From IMG/VR virus record IMGVR_UViG_3300045988_129927: DNA of 64,000 bases, one strand, 5' to 3'. Position numbers and translations under genes: made by a program. The notes below the pieces were generated by a model. The model did not search any database, was not told the DNA's origin, and saw nothing but the letters and a program-made list of their open reading frames with translations. Positions 37,902 through 48,045 of the stretch are shown here, one piece after another; position 1 is the stretch's first letter, and each line of letters begins with the position of its first letter. The DNA comes from a virus.

Positions 37902-40061
37902 ATGAGTAAAGTTGATATTTACGTATCCAATGCTACCCCTTATAGCTTCCATCTTGGTACTGATGATAAATCAGGAAAAGTGCAAACTCTAAAAACATTG
38001 CCTCGCCCAATGCATTTGCCTTTCTTCCTGTTCTATGGTCAAAAAGGTACTCTAGATGAAGTCATGGTAGATGGTGCTGCTTTTGCTAAAATTTACGGTA
38101 CTGAAACGCTTCGTGAAAATAGTCCCTACTTTAACCACGTATCCCCTTTTATTAAAGGTGTGCTTGAAGATGGTGGTACTATTCTTGCTAAACGTATTGT
38201 ACCAAAAGGTGCTGAAAAACTGGCCTCTGTACGTGTTTCTTTAGAATACGTAGAAACTACTGTTGATGAATACCAACGCGACCGTGAAGGTAACTTTGTT
38301 AAAGACAGCCGTGGTGGCTTTACTACTACAGGTAAACAAATCCCTGGCGTACTTTATCGTTTCGTAACAGATGAAATCCCTACTACTGAAGTAACTGCTG
38401 GTACTAATACTTACAAAAACTTTGAATTTGGTATTGGTTCAGAATCTGTTGGTGACTTGACCGATGGTCAAGGTGCAACTTCAAAACGTGTTCCGTTGTT
38501 TGACTTTGTAACTAACTCACCAGGTGCACATGGTAATCTGTCTGGTATCTCTATTTGGAGTCCTACTAGCAAAGACGCTTCACCTATCAACCACATTGCA
38601 TTCTCTGATACTGGAAGCTATCCTTTCCGTATGCAATTGGTTACTAAAGAAACTCCTACCTCTAACCCTGTTGTGGCTACTACTGTATCTGGTGCTCGTG
38701 AGATTGACTTCTCCCTGAAACCAGAAGCTGTTTCTAAATCTGGCTTGCATTATCACTTAGGTGAAACCTTTGTTGAATTGTATAATGACTTGACTCCAGC
38801 TAATCCATTGTTGCCACCTACATTTGGTCCATTTACTCGTCTGTATGTTTACCAAAATAACATCGACTCTGTACTGGAACTCTTTACTACTAAAGAGATT
38901 TCTGCTGAACAACGTGGTGATTTCTCAGGTGTAACCAGTACTGATGTAAGTGCTAAAAAATATTTGTTTAACCTATTTGGTGGCCGCCATTCTGATGGTG
39001 ATCCTTATCAAACTTACCGTCAAGGTGAGTTAGGTACCAATGGTGTTATTCTAGGTAGCAACAGCGTGATGTGGGCTAAAGGTGGTACCGATGGCGACAT
39101 GAATGATGATGACTTTGCTAAAGCTGTAGAAGCTTGGTTGGAAGAAGTAGCTGACCCTAATGGTAAGTACATGGACAATGTATCTTACAATGACTCTACT
39201 TTCTGGGATACTGGTTTCCCTCTGGAAACTAAGTTGAAACTGGGTAAATACATTGCTACTCGTAAAGACCGTTGGGTATGTGTTAGCACCCATGTGGCTG
39301 GTGAGGAACAACCTATCAGCATCGCTGAAGAAAATACCCGTGTAGCAGCTATTCGCTCTGCTGTACGTTTGTTTGCTGACTCTTCTATTTACGGTACTGG
39401 TGCTTATCGTGCTGTAATCGTAGCGGGTTCTGGTCGAATCGATAAAACCGTTTCTTCTTATAAGAAACGTGTTCCTAAGTCTTACGAACTATGCCGTATC
39501 GTTAGCAAATACTGGGGTGCTGGTATCGGTCGTGCTAATAGCACTTACGATTATACTGAAGGCGACAATAACTACTTCAAGTATCTGGTTGATGTGACTA
39601 ACTCTTGGGCACCTTACCAAGTACGTAATGAAACTTGGGCTTCAGGTGGTATGTGGTCTGAACGTTCTGACCGTAAAGTTGACTTCTTCCCAGCATTCCG
39701 TACTGTATACGACAATGACAGCTCTACACTTACTACACTTCGCCCTATGTTGGTTCACGTAGAACTGAACAAAATTGGTTACGAAGGTCATCGTGCATTC
39801 AGTGGTAAAGATTGGCCAGAAGAACGCTTCTTACAAGAAGCTACTGATTGGTATTACGACCAAATTAAAGACTACAAGTTCGGTGGTAAAGTCGAAGTAG
39901 AATGGAGTATTGAAATTACTAAACTTGATAAAGAAAAAGGCTATATGTGGCATACTGAAGGTATTGTATACGCAGATGGTCAACGCACTGTTCAAGTATT
40001 CAATACTACTAATATGCGTCGTTCTGACAAACCTGAGAACTCACCTGCTATTGTAGCGTAA
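37902..40061 (+). CDS. contractile tail sheath protein (candidate)
   Basis: 719 aa with strong expression-type codon bias. Followed by a 289-aa similarly biased ORF (tube), as in phiKZ gp29-gp30. No motif-level proof. Confidence 0.6.
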   Translation: MSKVDIYVSNATPYSFHLGTDDKSGKVQTLKTLPRPMHLPFFLFYGQKGTLDEVMVDGAAFAKIYGTETLRENSPYFNHVSPFIKGVLEDGGTILAKRIVPKGAEKLASVRVSLEYVETTVDEYQRDREGNFVKDSRGGFTTTGKQIPGVLYRFVTDEIPTTEVTAGTNTYKNFEFGIGSESVGDLTDGQGATSKRVPLFDFVTNSPGAHGNLSGISIWSPTSKDASPINHIAFSDTGSYPFRMQLVTKETPTSNPVVATTVSGAREIDFSLKPEAVSKSGLHYHLGETFVELYNDLTPANPLLPPTFGPFTRLYVYQNNIDSVLELFTTKEISAEQRGDFSGVTSTDVSAKKYLFNLFGGRHSDGDPYQTYRQGELGTNGVILGSNSVMWAKGGTDGDMNDDDFAKAVEAWLEEVADPNGKYMDNVSYNDSTFWDTGFPLETKLKLGKYIATRKDRWVCVSTHVAGEEQPISIAEENTRVAAIRSAVRLFADSSIYGTGAYRAVIVAGSGRIDKTVSSYKKRVPKSYELCRIVSKYWGAGIGRANSTYDYTEGDNNYFKYLVDVTNSWAPYQVRNETWASGGMWSERSDRKVDFFPAFRTVYDNDSSTLTTLRPMLVHVELNKIGYEGHRAFSGKDWPEERFLQEATDWYYDQIKDYKFGGKVEVEWSIEITKLDKEKGYMWHTEGIVYADGQRTVQVFNTTNMRRSDKPENSPAIVA

Positions 40062-40068
40062 GGATGAT

Positions 40069-40099
40069 AGTAGGGTAATCTAATTTAAGTTACCCTACT
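40069..40099 (+). terminator. intercistronic stem-loop between the sheath and tube genes
   Basis: agtagggtaa / ttaccctact, 10-bp stem with 11-nt loop. Confidence 0.45.
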
Positions 40100-40137
40100 T
40101 ATTGATTTTTTAATTAATGTACAAAAGGATTACAATA

Positions 40138-41007
40138 ATGGCTCGCGTACAACCCGTCTTTATGGCGAAAGGCAATGGTGGATTTGCCGATGGTATCCAA
40201 ACCAATGTATCCCACTTAATTGAAGGTGGTAACTTTGGTTATGCTAAACAATGGCATTCTTGGGTCAATAACCACCAATATACTTCACGTCCTCTTTTGA
40301 CATTCTTGTTAGAACCACCTATTGGTTTTAAATTGCTACCTAATAAAGAAGACCACATTGGTGCACTTCGTTCTCTAGTAGAAACTGTGCGTCACCGCTG
40401 GACTGGTTTGCAACACAAACTGACTGTTAACGTGGAATCTTCTCAATCATTCGGTGGTAGTGGACAAAAATACGAAGTATTCACTAACGTAACTGAAGAA
40501 CAATCTAGCGTTTCTCTATCTGTATGGGAACGTCCAGGTTTGGCTATCGGTCGTTTCTTTAAATTCTGGATTAACATGTTGATGATGAATCCAGAAACTA
40601 AATATGCTTCTATCTCTACTGTAGCTGGTACCGAAAAATACGACTCTATGCCAGACATGTACGCCATGTCTATGTTGTTTATCGAACCTGATACCAACCA
40701 CCGCCATGTTGTTCAATCTTGGATTGGTATTAACATGTGGCCTAAAGACTCTGGCGATAACGAAGCTAAACACGATAAAGATAACCCATCTGAAGTACGT
40801 GAATTGACTATTGGTTTCACTGGCATCTTCCAATATGGCCCTGGTGTAGACTACTTCGCACAGAAATACCTGAATAACATTAACTTGATTGGTGCAAATG
40901 AATTCCATCAAAAAGCTGCTATCCAAGGTATTGATGCAATGGTAGCTAACGCCCGTACGAGCTACGTTGACACTGTACGTGCGGTGAGTAAAGCGCAATA
41001 TAAGTAG
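40138..41007 (+). CDS. tail tube protein (candidate)
   Basis: Start moved to ATG 40138 (AAAGGA SD); codon-biased; immediately downstream of the sheath candidate. Confidence 0.55.
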   Translation: MARVQPVFMAKGNGGFADGIQTNVSHLIEGGNFGYAKQWHSWVNNHQYTSRPLLTFLLEPPIGFKLLPNKEDHIGALRSLVETVRHRWTGLQHKLTVNVESSQSFGGSGQKYEVFTNVTEEQSSVSLSVWERPGLAIGRFFKFWINMLMMNPETKYASISTVAGTEKYDSMPDMYAMSMLFIEPDTNHRHVVQSWIGINMWPKDSGDNEAKHDKDNPSEVRELTIGFTGIFQYGPGVDYFAQKYLNNINLIGANEFHQKAAIQGIDAMVANARTSYVDTVRAVSKAQYK

Positions 41008-41109
41008 CAGGTTTTGACGATTTTGCATAACCTCTACGACTACAATGGGTACAGTATTTATATTCATATTACCATTATATGAGTAAGTATTAAAACATAG
41101 TAAATGATT

Positions 41110-41139
41110 ATCCTTGCTCTCCTTAGTGGGAGCAAGGGT
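41110..41139 (+). terminator. stem-loop terminator after the tail tube gene
   Basis: atccttgctc / gagcaagggt, 10-bp stem including one G-U pair. Confidence 0.5.
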
Positions 41140-41196
41140 GATTATCTATTATGTTTATGCTTTTTATATTAACTTCCACTTAAAAGGAATATTGGT

Positions 41197-42480
41197 ATGT
41201 CTGAAAGTTTTGGATATAAAGAAATTAAGGGTTTTGAGAACTATTTGATTTACGATGATGGTAGTGTTTTTAATAAGAATACTGAAAAAGAATTAACTGG
41301 TGAGAAGATTGTCTTATATAACAACGGTAAGACTAAATGGTTTACTAAATCTGCTTTAATGAAAGAATACTTTCCTACTGTTGACTTAAAAGGATTTAAA
41401 ACTATCCCTGGTTTCTCTGATTACATGGTAAATAGGGAAGGAGTAGTATATAGTAAAGTATATAGAAAAATACTTAATTTAACTAAAGATTGTAATGGGT
41501 ACCATGTTATTTCAGTTTTTAATGATAACAGGGTTAGAAAGACTAAGAAAGTACATCATTTAGTATTAATGGCTTTTAAACCAGATGATTATAAGTTAAT
41601 CACTACTGATTATAAAAATAACCATAATGCTGATGGTAAGATTTATACTACTAATCACATCGATGGTGTAAAAACAAATAATCGTTTAGATAATTTAGAA
41701 GTCATTGAGCATAAAGATAATGTACAACATGCTATGGATACTGGGTTAGTTTCTACTGTTAAACCGGTTAAGATTAAGTTTCATGATACTGGTGATATAA
41801 AACATTACCCGAGTATGATTGCTGCTTCTAGGGCCTTAGGAATGCAGGAAGACGGTGTGTTACAAAGACTAGAGCATCCTAACTATAAGTGGGTTTTATG
41901 GAGTGATGGTACGCAGATTATTCTTGAGAGTGATGGTGAATTTGAAGATATAAGATACATTCCTCGTGAAGGTGGTGGTATGTATCAAAATATTGTCGCC
42001 ATTGACTATAAGAAGAATGCATTTGAAGAGATTATCTATCCTAGTATTAACGAATATTGTAGGGTTAATGGTATTACTCCTTCTACAGTTAAGAAAGCAT
42101 TTGAACATACTGGTCATCCTATTATGCGGAATTTACATAGGATTAAGAAAATGGATGATCCTAATAACTGGGGCTTGCCTGTTAAGTTAGATCCGATATT
42201 TGAATTGGCTACGAGTAGTTACAATAAAGGAAGAATCTATGTATTCTTGAAAGAAGGAAATGTACCTATTATTAAATTACCTAATGAAGACTTTAAAATA
42301 GAAAGTGATAGTAGGTTCTCTAATACGAATATAAATAAGATTAGAGAAAAGTTAAGATGTAGAGATAGATATAATCTAGATGATGGTTATAGTGTAATGT
42401 ATTATGAAGATTTTATTAAAACTGAGGAATATAGAAAATGGAGAGGATTATTTAATCAATTTGAATATCTAGGTGTATAA
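41197..42480 (+). CDS. free-standing HNH homing endonuclease with NUMOD4-like N-terminal repeats
   Basis: GFENYLIYDDGSVFN and GFSDYMVNREGVVYS (NUMOD4-like); HHLVLMAF...NHIDGVKTNNRLDNLEVIEHKDNVQHA (HNH_3-type H-N-N/H core); C-terminal HTH-like INEYCRVNGITPSTVKKAF. Confidence 0.8.
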   Translation: MSESFGYKEIKGFENYLIYDDGSVFNKNTEKELTGEKIVLYNNGKTKWFTKSALMKEYFPTVDLKGFKTIPGFSDYMVNREGVVYSKVYRKILNLTKDCNGYHVISVFNDNRVRKTKKVHHLVLMAFKPDDYKLITTDYKNNHNADGKIYTTNHIDGVKTNNRLDNLEVIEHKDNVQHAMDTGLVSTVKPVKIKFHDTGDIKHYPSMIAASRALGMQEDGVLQRLEHPNYKWVLWSDGTQIILESDGEFEDIRYIPREGGGMYQNIVAIDYKKNAFEEIIYPSINEYCRVNGITPSTVKKAFEHTGHPIMRNLHRIKKMDDPNNWGLPVKLDPIFELATSSYNKGRIYVFLKEGNVPIIKLPNEDFKIESDSRFSNTNINKIREKLRCRDRYNLDDGYSVMYYEDFIKTEEYRKWRGLFNQFEYLGV

Positions 42481-42523
42481 TGATTGATTATTACCAATAT
42501 AAAAAAATAAGGTTATATAGGAA

Positions 42524-42559
42524 ATATACTACTCTACCTCTTTAGGTAGAGTAGTATAT
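42524..42559. terminator. bidirectional terminator with 16-bp perfect stem
   Basis: atatactactctacct / aggtagagtagtatat; shares the ACTCTACC...GGTAGAGT core with 13404..13433. Confidence 0.65.
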
Positions 42560-42572
42560 TCTTATGTTCTTC

Positions 42573-42776
42573 TTATTCTTGGCGAACTTTTGCTGTCTTC
42601 TCAATACCAAATATTAATGCATTTACAAAATCTAAATGCATTTCGTATTCGGTATAGGTGTAACTATGCATATCTAGATATTGATATTCCTCTAGAAGAT
42701 CCATTAAATTACAATTAGCGGTATTGACTATATCTCTCATTACCTCTATATGCAACAAATTTTCATTTATAACCAT
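42573..42776 (-). CDS. hypothetical small protein (67 aa)
   Basis: ORF downstream of 42806..44449. Confidence 0.55.
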   Translation of the reverse strand: MVINENLLHIEVMRDIVNTANCNLMDLLEEYQYLDMHSYTYTEYEMHLDFVNALIFGIEKTAKVRQE

Positions 42777-42805
42777 TATCGTCTTCCCTTTCTTTGGTTA
42801 ATTAA

Positions 42806-44449
42806 CTAACTGTTAGTAGGATTTTCACCTTTAATCCAATCATAGAGTTCCTTATCATTCAAAACAACGATAGCCGAATCTCGTACTAATCCTTTAATAA
42901 GTTTATTACGGGATTCTTTAAGGCTTGCTTTAACCTCATCTGCTACTCTATAATAAGAATGTCTAAACAAGTATTGACTGGGAGTTTCGCGTAGATTGGG
43001 AGTTCCAAGTACTTGATTAACATCGATATCCTCTGGTGCAATAGAGTAACCATATTTACTATTAACAGCATCGAGTATAACATAAGGGTTATCAAAATAT
43101 TCATCGACATACTCTTCAACAGCATCTTCGTTTACTTTAATAGTAATTTTAGTTGAGGTAAACAGACCAAAGTTTTCACTAATCATTCGAATAGTGCCCA
43201 ATGGTTTACTTCTATTCCATGGTTGTACAGAACTATCATTAATACGATACAGACGATCACCATCCACACGAACAAATGAGAATAATCCTTTAAAGTCACT
43301 TGGATTTTTAAAGTTACCTGTATTTAAAGAATCTTTACACAAGTTTGTAGACGGATAGATTTCTATACTGCGAGAAATCATCGCTTCTTCTTCTGTACGG
43401 TTACGTAATGCTGTATCGAATAAGTGTTGAGTAGAATGACGAATTGAATATTCGGATAACTTACCTACCTTTTCGTTAGCGATTTTATCGTAGCGTGATT
43501 TGAAATCAAATTGATTACCTAAGATTTCACGTTGGTGCTGACGTTGTTCCTCAGTAAACTTCACTGGTTCAAACGCAGCTGGTGACTCTTGAGCTTTTTG
43601 AACATTATCCCAATTAATATTAGGTTGTTCTTTAGGCTCTTGAGGTTCTTTAGGTTGTTCTTTCTCTTTAAATTGATCATAGCCTAATTTTGCAATAAGC
43701 CTATCACGAAATCCAATAAGGTTATCTATCACTTGGTTGATTTCATCAATCTCATTGACAATATGTTTAGATGAAAAAGGATTAAACCCAGGGGTAAAAT
43801 CAGGACGCGTTTGTCGATTACCTTGTGAAAAAGGACGACTATAAAACTGGCGGTTGTAAACATTTTCATGTTTGCTAAAACGAGCACTTCCGTTGATTCT
43901 AGCCATTGTTTCTTCAAACATTTCTTTACGGCGTTCTTCATCGAGACGTTCTTTTTCAAGATTCTCTCGCTTCTGAAGTTCTTTCTCAACGCGCTCTTTA
44001 ATAATCGCTTCCAAACGTTTTTCGCCGAACTTTTTAATCAGAGCTTCATCGGAAAGATATTCTTCTTCGTTAACTAATTTAGGTTTATCTTCAGGTTTCT
44101 TGATGAAGTTGCTGAATTTAAATGGTGAGTATTGGTATACAGACGCAGTTGGTTTTAAGTTAACTGATTCTGTCACAGTTGATTTATTTATAATCAACTC
44201 AATCACCATCTGGATTCGTTCAACCAGGTTAAATGGCTCAACCAAATCTTTTACTTCACCTTTATGTTCTACACGCACAATCTTGTCAAGCGGTTCTGTC
44301 AAGATTTTGTGGAATTCATTAACTTCACCGTTTTGTTTCAACATACCTGCGGTGATGAATTTGATTTCTTCTTTAGAATAGCCCATAGAGGCTGCAATGT
44401 AAGATACAATTGCCAAAGAACGACGGGTACTTAATACAAATTTTTCCAT
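42806..44449 (-). CDS. hypothetical protein (547 aa) with central Glu/Lys/Arg-rich coiled-coil-like region
   Basis: Long ORF with AAAGGAATCTTAAAATG start context. Confidence 0.8.
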   Translation of the reverse strand: MEKFVLSTRRSLAIVSYIAASMGYSKEEIKFITAGMLKQNGEVNEFHKILTEPLDKIVRVEHKGEVKDLVEPFNLVERIQMVIELIINKSTVTESVNLKPTASVYQYSPFKFSNFIKKPEDKPKLVNEEEYLSDEALIKKFGEKRLEAIIKERVEKELQKRENLEKERLDEERRKEMFEETMARINGSARFSKHENVYNRQFYSRPFSQGNRQTRPDFTPGFNPFSSKHIVNEIDEINQVIDNLIGFRDRLIAKLGYDQFKEKEQPKEPQEPKEQPNINWDNVQKAQESPAAFEPVKFTEEQRQHQREILGNQFDFKSRYDKIANEKVGKLSEYSIRHSTQHLFDTALRNRTEEEAMISRSIEIYPSTNLCKDSLNTGNFKNPSDFKGLFSFVRVDGDRLYRINDSSVQPWNRSKPLGTIRMISENFGLFTSTKITIKVNEDAVEEYVDEYFDNPYVILDAVNSKYGYSIAPEDIDVNQVLGTPNLRETPSQYLFRHSYYRVADEVKASLKESRNKLIKGLVRDSAIVVLNDKELYDWIKGENPTNS

Positions 44450-44663
44450 TTTAAGATTCCTTTATATAAAGTTAATAATAGATAAAAGAAAGATTGAGAT
44501 TAATCTTTCACTATAATAGTATATTTTTATATAAAAATAAAATGTAACACCACTATTGTAAATAGTTAAAATTTATATATTCAATAGACAAAAATATGAA
44601 CTAATTTATTTCGAATGACTTTAAATTAGCACTGCTTTACTTAGTAATTAACTGGAGTTTATC

Positions 44664-45137
44664 ATGGAAAAACAATTGACAGAAGATTGGAAAGAAGAGC
44701 TACAAAATGCTTCTAATGAAGAGCAATTAGAGATAATAAAAAAATGTCTTATAACTGTAAGAGATAGTTTAAAAATCTCTACTGAAGATACTATTTCTTT
44801 ACTACTTTATATCGATCCCTATAACATCAATGCACCTATGGGAATTGATAAAGAAGTCGTAAGTGAAGTATTTAGAAATACAATGAAGTTTAACTACTTT
44901 ATTAAACATTATGTATTTAATAATGATAATTTTGGTTATCGTCTAGACGGTAAAAAAGTTTCATTTAGTTATTTACGTAATTATCTAAGTGAAGATGATT
45001 CATTTGGTTGGTTGAAATTCGTAACACGACGTAATTGGGGTGACAACCATTTATATCTTCGTTGTGTGAAGAAAAATATCGCTAAAATAAGAGCTGCAAT
45101 CACTGAAGCTTTTATTGATTTACTTAATTTAAATTAA
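44664..45137 (+). CDS. hypothetical protein (157 aa)
   Basis: ORF with a GGAG SD, directly upstream of nrdA. Confidence 0.75.
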   Translation: MEKQLTEDWKEELQNASNEEQLEIIKKCLITVRDSLKISTEDTISLLLYIDPYNINAPMGIDKEVVSEVFRNTMKFNYFIKHYVFNNDNFGYRLDGKKVSFSYLRNYLSEDDSFGWLKFVTRRNWGDNHLYLRCVKKNIAKIRAAITEAFIDLLNLN

Positions 45138-45152
45138 AAAGGAATTAGAAAA

Positions 45153-46037
45153 ATGACGTCAGAAATGATTAAAGTCACTAAACGAGACGGACGTCTAGAG
45201 AGTTTAGATATTGAGAAAATTCACCGAGTGGTGACGTGGGCTGCCGAAGGATTGGATGTCTCTCCATCTGAAGTAGAATTAAAAGCCCAAATTCAGTTAT
45301 ACAATGGTATTCGTACTGAAGATATCCACGCTACTTTAATTAAGTCAGCTGCAGACTTAATTAGTTTAGAGAATCCTGATTATCAATACATGGCTGCTCG
45401 ATTGGCTGTATTTAATATTCGTAAAATCGCCTATGGTGAATATACACCTCCTAGACTTTATACACATATTCATTCGATGATTGAAAAAGGCATTTACGAT
45501 AAAGAGATTTTAGAGAAATATACTGAAGAAGAAATCGATTTAATTGAATCTTTTGTAGACCATAATCGCGATATGAATTTTGCTTATGCTGGTATTAAGC
45601 AAATGGAAAGTAAATACTTGGTACAAAACCGAGTAACTAAACGAGTATACGAATCTCCACAAGTTGCTTTTATTCTAATTCCTACTTATTTATTTGCAGA
45701 ATATCCTAAAGAAACTCGTTTAGATTATATTAAGAAATTCTATAATGCATTGTCATTGTTTAAGATTTCATTACCTACCCCTATCATGGCAGGCGTACGT
45801 ACTCCTACCAAGCAATTCTCAAGCTGTACCGTCGTTCCATGTGGTGATAGCTTAGATAGCATTAATGCAGCTAATTCTGCTATTGTTAAATATATCTCTC
45901 AACGAGCAGGTATTGGTATCGAAGGTGGTCGTATTCGTGCATTGGGTAGTGAAATTCGTAAAGGTGAAGCTATCCATACTGGTGTTATTCCATTTTGGAA
46001 GATGTTCCAAGCAGCTGTAAAATCATGTTCTCAGGGT
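45153..46037 (+). CDS. nrdA: ribonucleoside-diphosphate reductase alpha subunit, exon 1 (295 codons)
   Basis: Near-colinear with E. coli NrdA from the ATP-cone (VTKRDGRLESLDIEKIHRV) to ...AVKSCSQG. The last 8 codons of the track ORF (KLFCPAL*) are intron read-through. Confidence 0.9.
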
Positions 46038-46395
46038 AAACTATTCTGCCCAGCTCTGTAGAAATATAGAGTTAAAAACATCACTCTTAATTGCTGGGAA
46101 ATCTATACAAAGTATAGACAATCAGCAGCCAATACCTAATTGTATTTATATACATTTAGGGAAGGTTCAACGACTAGTCGAAAGACGTACCACTCAAGTG
46201 AGGTCTCTGTAACGGAGTTTGGGGAAATAGAGTGACTACCGCAGTGGATTAATGTAATCCTCTATGTGGTTTCCTTATATTAGGAATCTTACCAGGTAAT
46301 GCTGGAGAAGAAGATATAGTCTCAACGTCTATGGTAACATAGAGCTGTCTATAATAGACAGGATACGGATTAACGACCCGTATTGAAGATATTTG
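46038..46395 (+). ncRNA. group I self-splicing intron (358 nt, no ORF) in nrdA
   Basis: Interrupts the conserved KSCSQG|GIRGGAATL. The 5' splice site follows a U. GGGU pairs with GCCC 10 nt into the intron (P1 with a U-G pair). The intron ends in G. It shares long sequence blocks with nrdB intron 1. Confidence 0.8.
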
Positions 46396-47787
46396 GGAAT
46401 TCGTGGTGGAGCTGCTACTTTATCTTATCCTATTTGGCATTTGGAAGTTGAGTCGTTATTAGTATTAAAAAATAACCGTGGTGTAGAAGACAACCGTATT
46501 CGTCAGTTAGACTACAGTGTGCAGATTAATAAACTAATGTATCAGCGTTTGATTGAGGATAAAGACATTACATTACTGTCTCCTCATTCTGTAGAAGGTC
46601 TATACGATGCTTACTTTAACGATCAAGAGCTATTTGAGAAATTGTATTTAGAAGCTGAAAATAATCCTCTGATTCCTAAGAAGACTATTAAAGCTACTGA
46701 ATTGTTTACACTGTTGATGTCAGAACGTGCAAACACTGGTCGTATTTACATCATGAACGTAGACCACTCAAACACACATTCTTCATTCATTGAAAAAGAA
46801 GCTACAGTCTATATTAGCAACTTATGTCAAGAAATTACGCTACCTACTAAACCTTTAAATAATATCCTAGATGAAGAAGGTGAGATTGCTTTATGTACAC
46901 TAGGTGCTTTAAACCTAGGTACTGTAGATAAAGATAAGTTAGAAGATATTGAAGAGTCTATGGACTTAATTGTACGTGCTCTTGATTCTGTATTAGATTA
47001 TCAAAACTATCCTGTTAAAGCAGCTCGTAATTCTGTAGATAAATATCGTCCATTAGGTATTGGTGTAATTAACTATGCTTATTACTTAGCTAAAAATGGT
47101 GCTCGTTATAGTAATGCTAGTGGGCATAAGCTAACTCACGAATTGTTTGAAGCTATTCAGTATTATGCTTTAAAATCATCAGTGCAATTAGCTAAAGAAA
47201 AAGGTAAGTGTGGTGCATTTAAAAACACTAAATACTCTAAAGGTATTTTACCAATCGATACTTATAAAAAGTCTATTGACGAATTTGCTTCATTTGACTA
47301 TAAACTAGATTGGGAAAGCCTTCGTAAAGATATTGTAGAGTATGGTTTACGTAATGCTACACTGACTAGTTTAATGCCATCAGAGAGCAGTAGTCAAGTA
47401 AGTAATGCGACTAATGGTATTGATTTACCTCGTGGTCCTATTACTGTTAAGGCTTCTAAAGACGGTATTTTAAAACAAGTCGTTCCGGAATATGAAAAAT
47501 TAGCTTATGATTACGAATACTTGTGGTACGATAGTAATAATATGGGTATGTTGAAACTTGTAGCCATTATGCAAAAGTTTGTAGACCAATCTATTTCTAC
47601 TAATACTCGTTATAATCCAGCTAATTATCCTAATGGTAAAGTACCCATGAAAGAGATGTTAAAAGAGCTATTGCTTGCGTATAAGTATGGTGTTAAGACT
47701 TTGTACTATCACCACACTAACGATGGTTCTGATGACACTCAGGATAGCTTAGATGACGGTTGTGCAGGTGGTGCTTGTAAAATCTAA
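46396..47787 (+). CDS. nrdA: ribonucleoside-diphosphate reductase alpha subunit, exon 2 (463 codons)
   Basis: GIRGGAATLSYPIWHLEVESLLVLKNNRGVE..., SNLCQEITLPT active-site loop, and C-terminal CAGGACKI redox pair. Confidence 0.9.
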   Translation, partial: GIRGGAATLSYPIWHLEVESLLVLKNNRGVEDNRIRQLDYSVQINKLMYQRLIEDKDITLLSPHSVEGLYDAYFNDQELFEKLYLEAENNPLIPKKTIKATELFTLLMSERANTGRIYIMNVDHSNTHSSFIEKEATVYISNLCQEITLPTKPLNNILDEEGEIALCTLGALNLGTVDKDKLEDIEESMDLIVRALDSVLDYQNYPVKAARNSVDKYRPLGIGVINYAYYLAKNGARYSNASGHKLTHELFEAIQYYALKSSVQLAKEKGKCGAFKNTKYSKGILPIDTYKKSIDEFASFDYKLDWESLRKDIVEYGLRNATLTSLMPSESSSQVSNATNGIDLPRGPITVKASKDGILKQVVPEYEKLAYDYEYLWYDSNNMGMLKLVAIMQKFVDQSISTNTRYNPANYPNGKVPMKEMLKELLLAYKYGVKTLYYHHTNDGSDDTQDSLDDGCAGGACKI

Positions 47788-47895
47788 CTAAAAAAGAATG
47801 GGCTAGGGATAATTCCTTAGTCCTTTCTTTATATGAAAGGAAAAAAGAAGAACTAAGTTTCCTTAATTCTTCTTTATGTTTATTAATGGTGGTTT

Positions 47896-48045
47896 TTAAT
47901 AACCGTGGTGGTGGTTTTCTAACCAAGAATCTAATGTTTGGTTTTCAGCAGTTAACGCTGTTTCTAACCACTCATTTTCTTCTTTAGTTATTGTACCCAT
48001 CATCTTCTTAATTTGAAGAGTTTGGATAAGATAACTTGAATCCAT
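47896..48045 (-). CDS. small protein (49 aa), paralog of 53030..53170
   Basis: MDSSYLIQTLQIKKMMGTITKEENEWLETALTAENQTLDSWLENHHHGY, preceded by GAAAGGAGGTAAAATAATG (strong SD); below the ORF-track cutoff. Confidence 0.55.
   Translation of the reverse strand: MDSSYLIQTLQIKKMMGTITKEENEWLETALTAENQTLDSWLENHHHGY

Noticed and set aside
38524-41067. ORFs 38524..38718, 39051..39311, 40443..40697 and 40516..41067 overlapping the sheath and tube genes
   Set aside because: They are alternative-frame or antisense ORFs within strongly codon-biased genes and have no ribosome-binding sites.
46038-46061. C-terminal extension KLFCPAL* of the first nrdA fragment, and the TTG start at 46393 of the second fragment
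   Set aside because: Both are read-through into and out of the group I intron. Alignment to conserved NrdA places the exon boundaries at 46037 and 46396.
47717-47926. Minus-strand 69-aa ORF overlapping the 3' end of nrdA
   Set aside because: It overlaps the nrdA coding sequence and the terminator region and has no SD. The real small gene in this area is 47896..48045, in another frame.
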